Shown piece after piece: positions 29,021 to 39,049 of a DNA stretch of 64,000 bases. A program made the translations under genes and the position numbers. Position 1 is the first letter of the stretch. Each line of letters opens with the position of its first letter. The notes beneath the pieces are model-generated. The model was not told the origin of the DNA and made no database searches. It worked only from the letters and a program-made list of their open reading frames with translations. The DNA comes from Blastocatellia bacterium (GTDB taxonomy: Bacteria > Acidobacteriota > Blastocatellia > UBA7656 > JADIYM01): the NCBI GenBank assembly GCA_016705245.1, contig JADIYM010000025.1, positions 2,577-66,576 of the forward strand, written 5' to 3'.

Positions 29021-31545
29021 ATGTCAGCGGTAACCGCAATTGGATCGATCTCGCAGTGCTTCGCGGCTCGAGTCTCGGAGGGACCGTCGCGGCCAGCCGT
29101 TCGTGCCGGCGACTGCGAATTCTCTTATGCCGATCTGGACGCGCGCTCAAACGGACTCGCGCGCGAGCTTCAGGCGCGGCGCCTGGTCGCTGGTGACCGC
29201 GTCGCCGTGCGCCTGGCACGGACGGACCTGCTCGTTCCGACGATTCTCGGGATATTGAAGGCAGGCTGCGTCTACGTCCCGCTGGACCCCACGTATCCGG
29301 AAGCGCGCACCCGCTCGATACTCGACGACTGCAGCGCTGCGCTCGTGATCTCGGACGATGGAGACGGGCTCGATCCCAACGCGGTTTCGCCGTCGAACGA
29401 GTCGCCGACTGCAATCGTCGAACCGGACGCACTCGCCTGCATCGTGTACACCTCGGGATCGACCGGAACGCCAAAAGGCGTCATGCAGACGCACGCGTAG
29501 CTGGTCGCGTTCGTTCGGAACTGCATCGCGCCCTTCGGCGTCTCGAGCGGCGACAGGCTCTCGATGCTTTACTCATACAGCTTCGCCGCCGCCAACATGG
29601 ACGTCTTCGGTGCGTTGCTCAGCGGCGCAACGGTCTGCTTCTATCCGCTTCGCGAGCGAGGCGTCGCCGGACTCGCCGCGTGGATCGCCGGGGAACGCGT
29701 CTCGATTCTTCATACCATACCGACCGTGTTTCGCCAGCTCATCGCGAGCCTCGAGCAGGGGGATTCACTTGCGACCGTTCGTGCCGTCGATCTCGGTGGC
29801 GAGCCCGTGCTCTCGGTCGACGTCGACCGATTTCGCGAGCATTTTCCGGAAACGGCACTGCTCGTCAACCACTACGCCGCGACCGAACTGAGTGTCATCG
29901 CCCAGATGCCGATTAGCGCCTCGACACACGTCGGACCGGGCGCGGTCCCAGCCGGCTACGCTGCACACGGCGTCGAGATCCGCATCGTCGACGCCGACGG
30001 CGCGGATGTTCCCTCGGGCACGGAAGGCGAGATCGTGGCGCGAAGCGTGCACATGAGCGCGGGGTACTGGAACCAGCCGGAATTGACGGCGCGCAACTTT
30101 GCGACTGACCCGGCGAGCGGCGGACTTCGAATCTACCGAACCGGCGATCTTGGGCGACTGGCGCCCGACGGATGCCTCCAGCATCTGGGCCGCGTGGACG
30201 ATCGCATCAAGATCCGGGGCCAGAGTGTCGAAGTTGCCGAGGTCGAAAACGCGCTCGTCGCCTTCGACGAAATTGCCGAGGCCGTCGTCACGGCGCGTCC
30301 GTCGCCGGCCGGTTCGACGAGGCTTGTCGCCTTCGTGGTCTCGCGCGCCGGGGCATTCCCGACGGCCGAGTCGATCAGGCAACGACTCGCCGTGACACTT
30401 CCCGAATCCATGATCCCGTCGGCGGTTGTCCTGCTCGACCGGCTCCCTTTGACGCCGAGCGGAAAGGTCGACCGCGCCGCCCTCCCCGAGCCTGACCAGG
30501 CGCGCCCCACGCTCGAGGCTGTATTCGTCGAGCCGCGGGATGACCTCGAATCCACGCTCTGTCGCATGTGGGAGGAAATCACGGGAGTGAAGCCCGTCGG
30601 TGTCGACGACGACTTCTTTGCTCTCGGGGGCGACTCGCTAGGCGCGGTCCACCTCTTTGTTCGAATCGAGCGGTTGACAGGGCGACGGCTCCCGCTCTCC
30701 AGCATCATGCGGGCACCGACCGTTGCCAGAATGGCAGAGCTCGTGCGAACGGACGCGGGCTACTCCTCCGCATGGCACCTCGCCACGCTCGGGGCCCGAG
30801 GGACCGAACCGCCGATTTTCTTCGTTCACGGCCTGCGCGGCGGCGTCGTGTTCCTGCGTGGGCTCGTTGAAGCGCTCGGGCCGGACCAGCCGAGTTTTGC
30901 GTTCGAGGCCGACGGCCGATTCGAGGGTCCGCTCGACGCGTCGAGCATCGAAGACCTTGCCGCGGCCTATGTGGACCTGCTGCGCGGCGTTCGTCCGCAA
31001 GGCCCTACCACCTCTGCGGTTATTCGGCCGGCGGCCTCATCGCGTTCGAGATTGCCCGACAGCTCTCCGCCGAAGGCGAGGAGGTCGCGTTTCTCGGACT
31101 CATAGACACCTACGCACCGGTCGCTGGTCGTCGCGTGTCGCCGCTTCAGAAGAAACTGAACCACGCCAGGGTGCTCCGAGCGCTTCCGCGGAGCGAGCGC
31201 GTCGCCTTCGCGCGTCGAACGGCGGACCGCGTCCTTCGCCGTGAGCAGAAGCGTGCGGGAGGCCCCGACGTCGACGGGCCCCTACGTCGCGCACTGCTCG
31301 AGCTGCTCGAGGCGTACGGGCCCGACGGCGGTTATCGCGGACACATCGACCTGTTCCGGCCATCGATTCCATTTCTCGGCGCGCGGATGGACCGTGCGCT
31401 CGGTTGGGACCGGTGCGCGGTCGCAAGCTACACCGTTCACGACGTGCCGGGCGATCATCGAACGGTGTTCGAGGCCGGCAACGCGCAGGCGCTTGCGAAG
31501 TCGATTTCGCGGAAGCTGAATCGGACCGAAGCCGGTGCGGACTAG
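29021..31545 (+). pseudogene. Standalone NRPS-like module (adenylation - PCP - thioesterase), disrupted by an in-frame TAG at 29498 and a frameshift near 31000
   Basis: A-domain cores (YTSGSTGTPKGV; YRTGDLGR; GRVDDRIKIRGQSVE), PCP core (FFALGGDSL) and TE GxSxG (GYSAGG, readable only after a frame change near 31000). The ORFs 29021..29500 and 29564..31105 share one frame and are separated only by a TAG. Confidence 0.7.
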
Positions 31546-31554
31546 GCGCCGAGC

Positions 31555-32829
31555 ATGACCGAGATTCGATTGAAATACGGCGACGGGGAGCTGACAGGCA
31601 GGGCGCCGGACGGCGTTTTTGCAGGCTCGATCGGTCCGGAAACGTCCGAGCCTGATGTATCTGCGGACGAAATCGTCCGTCGCGCGCTCGACTCGCCGAT
31701 CGGGTCGCCGCCTCTCGTCGACCTCGCCAGCGGCGCGCGGACGGCATCCATCCTCATACCCGGCAAGACACGCGTGGCGGCGACGCGAACCTACGTTCAG
31801 GCGCTCGTCGACGAGCTCGAACGGGCCGGTGTGCCACGCGACGGCATCGAGGTCTTCCTTGCCACGGGCACTCACGAGCACCACTTGGAGTGCGACGTCT
31901 CAAGCCTGCTTGGCGACGAAACCGCGGCGCGTGTTCGGACGGTCTTTCACGATTGCTTCGACGAGAGCGGCCTCGAGCAACTCGGCACGACGAGTTTCGG
32001 GACACCGGTGCTCGTCAGTCGCCGCGTGCTCGATTCCGACGTGCGCATCCTGACGGGCCGGATCGTTCCGCATTACTTCGCCGGATTCAGCGGTGGACGC
32101 AAGGCGCTTTTGCCCGGCGTCGCCGGATTTCGCACGATCAAGGCCAACCACCGGCTGACGCTCGACCCCGTGCGGGGGCTGCACCCGAACGCGCGTCCGT
32201 GCATCCTGGACGGCAACCCTATCCACCTCGACATGGTGGAGGGGATGCGGATGGCGGGACCGATGTTCTGTCTCAACACGCTGCTCGACACCTCGCACCG
32301 CCTTGTCGACGCCGTCGCGGGCGACGCCGAGGCCGCACACCTCGAAGGCAGCCGCCGCGCCGATCGGCTGCACCGCACGCGACTCGACGCGCCAGTCGAC
32401 GCCGTCATCACGAGCGCCGGCGGCAGTCCATACGACTGCAACTTCATGCAGTCGCTCAAGGCCGTCATGAACGTTCGCGACGCCGTGCGTCCGGATGGCG
32501 CGATCCTCTGGGTCGCCGAGTGCCCGTTCGGCATCGATCCCGATTTCCTGCGGTGGGCGGCAATCGAGTCGGACGCCGAGCTCGAGTCCGCCGTGCGCGA
32601 GCGTTACAACCTGAAGGGGCACAACACGCTGATGCTCCGGCACCTCACGCGGAAGGCCGATGTCGCGCTCTGCAGCAGCCTTCCCGAGGCGGACGTCCGG
32701 GCGATGGGTTTCCAACCGGTCTCGTCGCTCGGGGAGGGGCTCAACTGGCTTCGGGACCGGCTCGGGCGGGCTTCGTACCTCGTCGCCCCGCACGCAAACG
32801 TCACTTGCGCTACGGTGGGCACTGATTGA
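31555..32829 (+). CDS. LarA-like (lactate racemase family, DUF2088 N-domain) protein
   Basis: Conserved LarA-family segments, including PHYFAGFSGGRKALLPG (which in LarA carries the Lys that binds the NPN cofactor) and His-rich GTHEHH. About 424 aa, typical for the family. Confidence 0.65.
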   Translation: MTEIRLKYGDGELTGRAPDGVFAGSIGPETSEPDVSADEIVRRALDSPIGSPPLVDLASGARTASILIPGKTRVAATRTYVQALVDELERAGVPRDGIEVFLATGTHEHHLECDVSSLLGDETAARVRTVFHDCFDESGLEQLGTTSFGTPVLVSRRVLDSDVRILTGRIVPHYFAGFSGGRKALLPGVAGFRTIKANHRLTLDPVRGLHPNARPCILDGNPIHLDMVEGMRMAGPMFCLNTLLDTSHRLVDAVAGDAEAAHLEGSRRADRLHRTRLDAPVDAVITSAGGSPYDCNFMQSLKAVMNVRDAVRPDGAILWVAECPFGIDPDFLRWAAIESDAELESAVRERYNLKGHNTLMLRHLTRKADVALCSSLPEADVRAMGFQPVSSLGEGLNWLRDRLGRASYLVAPHANVTCATVGTD

Positions 32830-34037
32830 CGAATATGCGCAAGCGGGTCTTCCACGTCTGCTCGGGCTGCGGCGCGACGTTTCCCCACGCATTCACGACG
32901 TTCTGCGACCGTTGCGGAGCGATGATCGATGTCGAATACGACCTCGACCGCGTGGTGCTGCACGATTCGGAGGACGCACTGGTGCGGTACTTCGACCTGC
33001 TGCCGCTCGAATCGGACGGACACCTCGTCTCGTATGGCGGCGGGCCGACACCGTGCCGTCACGCCGAGCGCCTCGGTGGCGAGCTCGGGCTGCCGTGGCT
33101 CTTCATCAAGGACGAAACGGTGCTGCCGACCGGGAGCACGAAGGATCGCATGGCCGCCGTCGTGCTTTCGTTCCTGCGTGAATGCGGGATTGCCGAGTTC
33201 TGCACGTCGTCGACGGGAAACAGCTCGACGGCGCTCGCCAACCTCATCGGCCAGTGTTCCGGCACGCGGATGTACCTCTTCTCGGGCGACGAATTCCAGC
33301 ACCGCGTCAACTTCGGCGAGTCGGAGCAGGTGGTGCACTTCGTCATGCGGGGTGCCACATTTGTCGAAGCCTTCGAATACGCGGCCGAGTTCGCCCGCCA
33401 GCGAGGGATTGTCTCGGAACGCGGATTCTTCAACCCGGCGCGGCGCGAGGGTCTGAAGCTCGCGTTTCTCGAAGCCGTCGAGCAGGTGCCGCGCCCGATC
33501 GACTGGTATGTGCAGGCGGTCTCGAGCGCGATGGGCGTTTACGGAACGTACAAGGGCGCGCGCGAGCTCGTCGCTCTTCGGCGCATCGCGCGCCCGCCGC
33601 GGCTGTTGTGCGTTCAGCAGGAGACCTGCAGCCCGATGGCGCGGGCTTTCGAGGATGGCAGCGAGGCGATCCTGCCGCACCACATCGTTCCGCGGCCGCA
33701 CGGCATCGCCTCGGCGATCCTGCGCGGAAATCCTTCGCGCGTCTACCCGATCGTTCGGCGGATCGTCATCGAGAGCGAGGGCGGTTTCGCGACTGTCTCG
33801 GAGACCGAAATCCGCGAGGCACGCCGGATGGCCGAGGAGCTCGAGGGGCTGTCGCTGTGCTTCAGCTCCGCGGCGGCGCTTGCCGGAATGGCGAAGCTCG
33901 CGCGGCGGGGCGGGATCGCTGCGAATCAGACGGTCCTCGTCAACCTGACGGGCCGCGACCGCGACGCGGCAGTGCAGTGTCATTCTGCCAGCTGGCTGAG
34001 ACGCTCGGGTGACACATGGATTCAGGAGGGAGACTAG
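32826..34037 (+). CDS. Threonine-synthase-like PLP-dependent enzyme with an N-terminal Cys4 zinc ribbon
   Basis: PLP lysine motif PTGSTKDRMA (threonine synthase fold type II) and an N-terminal CSGC...CDRC. The start overlaps the LarA-like stop by 4 nt. The TAG stop lies inside the P4 repeat. Confidence 0.65.
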   Translation: MTNMRKRVFHVCSGCGATFPHAFTTFCDRCGAMIDVEYDLDRVVLHDSEDALVRYFDLLPLESDGHLVSYGGGPTPCRHAERLGGELGLPWLFIKDETVLPTGSTKDRMAAVVLSFLRECGIAEFCTSSTGNSSTALANLIGQCSGTRMYLFSGDEFQHRVNFGESEQVVHFVMRGATFVEAFEYAAEFARQRGIVSERGFFNPARREGLKLAFLEAVEQVPRPIDWYVQAVSSAMGVYGTYKGARELVALRRIARPPRLLCVQQETCSPMARAFEDGSEAILPHHIVPRPHGIASAILRGNPSRVYPIVRRIVIESEGGFATVSETEIREARRMAEELEGLSLCFSSAAALAGMAKLARRGGIAANQTVLVNLTGRDRDAAVQCHSASWLRRSGDTWIQEGD

Positions 34038-34121
34038 ACAGGATTACCGGATTTTCAGGATTGACAGGAGAGGTTCCTGTACATCCTGGGAATCCTGTAA
34101 TCCTGTCAACTCTCCTCCCCC
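34026..34121. repeat. Palindromic repeat family P4, copy 2 (inverted relative to copy 1)
   Basis: agacaggattaccggattttcaggattgacagg...gggaatcctgtaatcctgtcaactctcc. Confidence 0.8.
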
Positions 34122-34127
34122 ATTGCG

Positions 34128-35717
34128 GTGGGACGAGTGTTGCCGATAGCCTGCGGAACTTCACGGATGGACACGCCAGCACAGCCTTCTCCAGCGACCT
34201 TCGGACACGTCGCGCGTCAGGCCTCGATACGCTTCTCGGGGCTCGCCTTCGACAAGGTTCTCGGGTACGTCTTCGCGCTGTTCGTCGCGAAGACGTACGG
34301 TTCGACTGCGTTCGGACTCTACATCTTTGGTGTCGGGCTCTTCGAAATCTCGTACGCCCTCACCGAAGCCGGCTTCGAGCGAGCGACGATTCGAGCCATC
34401 GCGAGTGCCCAGGCGCGAGGCGTGACCGCCGAGATTCCCCGGATCGTCCGTACGAGCCTCGCCTTCACGTTCCCGCTTGGCCTCGCGGTCATGTTGATCG
34501 TCATACTCGGCGCACCGTGGTTCTCGGAGTTGCTTGGTCGGCCGGATCTTGCTTTGTTTCTTCAACTTGCAGCCATCGCGATTCCCCTGTCGCTGATGGC
34601 CGACAACCACCTCTGGGCGATGGAGGCCATCGGCCGCCAACGGTACTCCGTGATCGTGCGAATGGTGGTCGAGCCGATCGTGAAGATCACGATAGCGGCG
34701 ACTCTGTTTCTCACGATCGAGATGGTGTCGCGATCGGCGCCGCTCGCTATTGCATATGCCGGGGGAGTTGCGTCGAGTGCCGTGCTCGCGTGGATGTTCT
34801 ATCGGCGCGAGGTGCTGCGGGATGTGACGGGCACGGCCCACGAGCGCCACCTTTCGGGCCTCCTGCGCGTTGCCGTGCCGGCGTGTGGCCTCTCGCTTCT
34901 GCAGCGACTTCTCTCCTGGGCGTCGATTTTCATCGTGTTCACGTTCGTGACATCGGAAGCGACGACGCACTTCGCCGTCGCGGTCCGAACCGCGTTGCTG
35001 ACGATGATGGTGGCTTCGGCATTCGACGCGGCATTTCGACCGTCGATCGCGGCAGCGCTCGCACTCAACCGTCAGGAAGACATTGCCGAGCCGTTCCAGC
35101 GCGTCGCCCGCACGGTGTTGACTATCGTCCTGCCAGCGGTCGCAATGCTCGTGGCTTTTCCGCACCGCGTGATGCCGGTCGTCGGCGATCAGTTCGCGGT
35201 GGCGGCTCCTGTTGTCGCGGTCATCGCGATTGGAACGCTTGCGAGTTTCCTCGCGGGTCCGTCCGCCTCGGCGCTGACGATGGCGGGACACGCTCGCGTG
35301 CCTTTCTGGAACGGACTCGCGGGAGGAGCCATCGGCGTCATCATCGGACTCGGCCTGGTTCGGCGATTCGGCATGCTCGGCGTCGGGATCGGGCAACTAG
35401 TGTCGCTGATCGTCGCGAATACGTTGCACGCTATCGCGGCGAAGAGACTGCTCGGCGTCGTCTCTATCGGACGTGGACACGCCCGTCCGATAGCAGCCGC
35501 GATAGTCGGAGTCGCCGCCGGATATCTCGTCGATGGATTGGCGGACGCCAACAAATACATCGTGCTCGTCGAGGTCGGGGCGGCCGTCGTGCTGGCATAC
35601 GGCGCCACACTCCTCATTGTCGGTCTGCCGCCGGAGGATGTGAAGATGGTTCGCGCGGTGATCGCGCGGATAGCCGGGAAAGGGAACGGGAGAGGCAACG
35701 CGGATCTGGCGGATTAG
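34128..35717 (+). CDS. Polytopic membrane exporter of the MOP/Wzx flippase type (polysaccharide biosynthesis protein family)
   Basis: About 14 predicted TM helices, 529 aa, and an N-terminal cytoplasmic stretch followed by repeated hydrophobic segments typical of Wzx/MurJ-like proteins. Confidence 0.55.
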   Translation: MGRVLPIACGTSRMDTPAQPSPATFGHVARQASIRFSGLAFDKVLGYVFALFVAKTYGSTAFGLYIFGVGLFEISYALTEAGFERATIRAIASAQARGVTAEIPRIVRTSLAFTFPLGLAVMLIVILGAPWFSELLGRPDLALFLQLAAIAIPLSLMADNHLWAMEAIGRQRYSVIVRMVVEPIVKITIAATLFLTIEMVSRSAPLAIAYAGGVASSAVLAWMFYRREVLRDVTGTAHERHLSGLLRVAVPACGLSLLQRLLSWASIFIVFTFVTSEATTHFAVAVRTALLTMMVASAFDAAFRPSIAAALALNRQEDIAEPFQRVARTVLTIVLPAVAMLVAFPHRVMPVVGDQFAVAAPVVAVIAIGTLASFLAGPSASALTMAGHARVPFWNGLAGGAIGVIIGLGLVRRFGMLGVGIGQLVSLIVANTLHAIAAKRLLGVVSIGRGHARPIAAAIVGVAAGYLVDGLADANKYIVLVEVGAAVVLAYGATLLIVGLPPEDVKMVRAVIARIAGKGNGRGNADLAD

Positions 35718-35739
35718 GCGGATCTCGCGAGTATGAGCT

Positions 35740-35815
35740 CCGTGTCTCTGCGTCTCGTGTGACCTGCGAAGCGTCTCAGAGCGCTTCGCACAGAGCCACA
35801 GAGACTCAGGGCAGG
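35740..35815. repeat. Palindromic repeat family P1, copy 2
   Basis: ctgcgaagcgtctcagagcgcttcgcacagagccacagagactcag, between the convergent flippase (+) and moxR (-). Confidence 0.75.
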
Positions 35816-35822
35816 AGGGTCC

Positions 35823-36833
35823 CTACTCGAGCGGCACGTCCGCCAGCACTTGGTCGACGATCGTGTCGGCGGTGACACCCTCGGCCTCCGCGTGGAAGTT
35901 AGGTACGACGCGGTGTCGCAGCACCGGGTGCGCGATCCTGTGAATGTCGTCGAATGTCACGGCGTAACGGCCTTCGATGAGCGCGTTCGCCTTGGCGCCG
36001 AGCAGCAGGGCCTGCCCGGCTCGGGGACCAGCCCCCCAGGCGACCCATTCACGTGCGGCAGCCACGGCATCATCGGTCCCCGGCCTGGTGGCTCGGGCGA
36101 TCCGCGCCGCATACCGAACGACGTTCGACGCCGCGACTACGTCGCGCACGGCGCGCTGCGTTGCGAGGATCCTTGCCGCGTCCGCAACCGGCCGGATCTC
36201 GTCGTCGCGCGATGCCGTTGTCGCCGAAAGGATTCGCTCTTCCTCGTCGAGCGACGGGTACTCGACCGTCACGTTGAAGAGGAACCGGTCGAGTTCCGCT
36301 TCCGGCAGTTTGTACGTACCTTCCTGCTCGATCGGGTTCTGCGTCGCCATTACGAAGAACGGCTCGTCGAGCGTGTAGCGATGTCCGGCAACCGTCACCT
36401 GCCGTTCCTGCATGGCCTCGAGCAGCGCTGCCTGGGTCTTCGGGGGGGTGCGGTTTATCTCGTCGGCCAGCAGCACCTGGCAGAACACGGGTCCCGGAAT
36501 AAATCGCGTGACGCGGCGACCGGTCGACGTGTCCTCCTCGAGCACTTCCGTGCCGAGAATGTCTCCGGGCATCAGGTCGGGTGTGAACTGAACCCGGTTG
36601 AACGCAAGGTCAAGCGACTGCGCCAGTGACTTGATCAGCAATGTCTTAGCGAGGCCCGGAACGCCACGCACGAGGACGTGTCCGCCTACGAGCAGGGCCA
36701 CGAGGACCTGCCGGACAACGTCGAGCTGACCGATGACGGCGCGGCCGATCGAGGCCTCGAGGGTTGCGACGAGTTCCGGCGCGCGCTCGGCGGCTTCGGC
36801 GCGGCGGTTCTCGGAGATTTCCGCTGGTCTCAT
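35823..36833 (-). CDS. MoxR-like AAA+ ATPase
   Basis: Walker A GVPGLAKT plus the MoxR hallmark (VIGQLDVVRQVLVALLVGGHVLVRGVPGLAKTLL) and the sensor region. Confidence 0.85.
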   Translation of the reverse strand: MRPAEISENRRAEAAERAPELVATLEASIGRAVIGQLDVVRQVLVALLVGGHVLVRGVPGLAKTLLIKSLAQSLDLAFNRVQFTPDLMPGDILGTEVLEEDTSTGRRVTRFIPGPVFCQVLLADEINRTPPKTQAALLEAMQERQVTVAGHRYTLDEPFFVMATQNPIEQEGTYKLPEAELDRFLFNVTVEYPSLDEEERILSATTASRDDEIRPVADAARILATQRAVRDVVAASNVVRYAARIARATRPGTDDAVAAAREWVAWGAGPRAGQALLLGAKANALIEGRYAVTFDDIHRIAHPVLRHRVVPNFHAEAEGVTADTIVDQVLADVPLE

Positions 36834-36851
36834 CGGATGTACGGACGACGG

Positions 36852-38143
36852 TTATCGCTCGATCTGGTCGAGCAACGAGCCGGTCTTGCTGTTCGGATTC
36901 CCGGCTTCTTCCTTGCCCGGCCGCGTCACTGGCCGAACATCTGGAGGAGGTCCGGAGCGCATCCCGGGACGCGCTGGCGCCGCCGGTCGAGGCGGCGGAG
37001 TCTGCGGAGGCACCTGCGCTGAAGGATCGCGCAGATCCGACATCGACAGTCTCAGGTTGTGCTTGTTCGTGGCGTATGCGAGGCCGTCCTCGAACGTCAC
37101 GAGGCCTTCGCGGACCATCTTTTCGAGAACCGTGTCGAAGTCCTGCATCCCGTCGATGTCTCCGGCGCGCATCGCCTCGATGAGCGAGCGCTTTTCGGCC
37201 TCGCCCTTCTCGATGTACTCGCGCGTGCGCATCGTCGAGCGCAGGATCTCGACGGCGGGGATGCGGCCCTTGCCGTCGGCCCGCGGCAGAAGCCGCTGCG
37301 ACACGATGTACCGGAAGCTCGTGGACAGTCGTTGGCGGATGCTCTGCTCGTGGGTTTTCGGGAAAATGCCGATGATGCGGTCGACAGTCTTGGCGGCGTC
37401 GGTCGTGTGCAGTGTCGAGAAGACGAGGTGGCCCGTCTCGGCCGCATCGAGGGCAACCTCGACGGTCTCGAGGTCGCGCATCTCGCCCACGAGAATGACC
37501 TTGGGCGCCTGCCGCAGCGCCGGAAGTTGTCCGTATCCGTGTGCAACTCCCGTTGATGAACGGTCGACAGCTTGTGCGGATGCAGGAATTCGATCGGATC
37601 CTCGATCGTGACGATGTGGTATGCGTAGCGCTGGTTGATCTCGTCGACGATCGCAGCAAGCGTCGAAGACTTGCCCGACCCGGTCGGCCCGGTCACGAGC
37701 ACGATGCCGTTCTTCAAGTCGACGACGTCCTTGAGGTGTTCGGGAAGATTGAGGTCGCGGAAGCTCGGCACGCGGTTGGGAATCACTCGCATGACGATCG
37801 CTATCGTGCCGCGCTGCTTGAACACGTTGACGCGAAACCGCGACATGCCGGGCAACGAGTAGCTGACATCCGCCGATCCGGTGCGCTCGAGGCTCTCGGC
37901 CGCGGCTTCGTTGCCTGCAACGAGCACCTTTGCGATGGCAGCGGTGTGTTGCGGAAGCAATCGGTCGAGTCCGGGGAGCGGAATCGGATGCAGCTTCCCG
38001 ATGTGCTCGACCTGCGGCGGTCGCCCCGGCGAGAAGATCAGGTCGCTGACGTTGTCCGCATGCGAGAGCATGGCCTTCAGAATTTCGTGGAAATTCTGGA
38101 CCGTGCCACTTGCCGGGTTACCTGTGGGGGGGTTCTGGGACAT
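36852..38143 (-). CDS. pilT: Type IV pilus retraction ATPase PilT (twitching motility), apparent 1-nt frameshift near 37.5 kb
   Basis: Walker A GPTGSGKSST and the PilT motif GHLVFSTLHT. The N-terminal part is ORF 37097..38143 and the C-terminal part is ORF 36852..37490. They join at HTDTD-SF...ALRQAPKVILVGEMRD if one base is inserted or deleted. Confidence 0.75.
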
Positions 38144-38177
38144 CTCTTGGCAGCCGCCCAGCGTGGACGACCTTTAA

Positions 38178-38894
38178 CTATGCTGTCAGCGCGTGAACGA
38201 CGATATTGACGCCGAATTTCGTGTTGTCAACCGTCGAGAAGCGCTTGTTCGTGTGGTCGTAGTTCCACTCGCAGCCGTAGTCCTTGTTGCTGTAGAGGAC
38301 GCCGATCCGGCCGCGGATCGAAACAGCCTGCAGATACTCGTGGACCATGTCGTCGCCCCAGCCGTTGAGCTCGTGCGACGTGGCCGGCGGCCCGTCCTCG
38401 AACTTGAAGAACGATCGATAGAGCGCGTGGTCGTTGTTGAGCTTGCGGAGCGCTTCGGCACCCTTGAACAGCCGGTTCATCTCGGCCTCGAAGGTACGGG
38501 CAAACACGCCGTCGACATCGTGGTTGCAATCGTCGACGAACACGAAGCCACCGCTGTGCACGTATCGGCCGATGTTCTCACGCTCGCGATCCGTGAACCG
38601 GACGAGCTCGTTCCCCGACAGATACACGAACGGGAATCCGAAGAGCTCGTTGCTGTCGAGGGCGACGACGCGGTCGACAGGGTCGACTCGAACCGAGGTG
38701 TATTCGACGAGTGAGTTCAGGATGTTCGACGGCATCTTGGCGTCCGTATCCCAGTTTCCCGAGCCATACCTGGCGCGCGCGAACGTGAAGGCCGGAGCCT
38801 GAGCCAGCACGGGACTGACGGCACCGGCGATCTCTGCAAACGGCACTGCGGCAGCGGCCGTCGCCGCGGTCAAGACGAAATCACGACGTCGCAT
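38178..38894 (-). CDS. Tat-exported hypothetical protein (possibly DUF4159-like)
   Basis: Twin-arginine motif MRRRDFVLTAATAAAAVPFA and about 238 aa. Conserved Cys/His/Asp positions (DDCNHDVDG) suggest a metal-dependent fold. The family name is my recollection only. Confidence 0.55.
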   Translation of the reverse strand: MRRRDFVLTAATAAAAVPFAEIAGAVSPVLAQAPAFTFARARYGSGNWDTDAKMPSNILNSLVEYTSVRVDPVDRVVALDSNELFGFPFVYLSGNELVRFTDRERENIGRYVHSGGFVFVDDCNHDVDGVFARTFEAEMNRLFKGAEALRKLNNDHALYRSFFKFEDGPPATSHELNGWGDDMVHEYLQAVSIRGRIGVLYSNKDYGCEWNYDHTNKRFSTVDNTKFGVNIVVHALTA

Positions 38895-39049
38895 GAACTT
38901 CCTCCTGGAACCCCGCCATCGGGGCCTGCGCAAGCAGTTCGGGAATCGGACCTTTGCCGCCAGATACGAGCCGGCACACGAGTTGTTTCACGCGAGATCG
39001 TTTAGGAGCCGCCACGGGCGCGCCCGGGCGCGCCCGTACCGCGTTCAAT

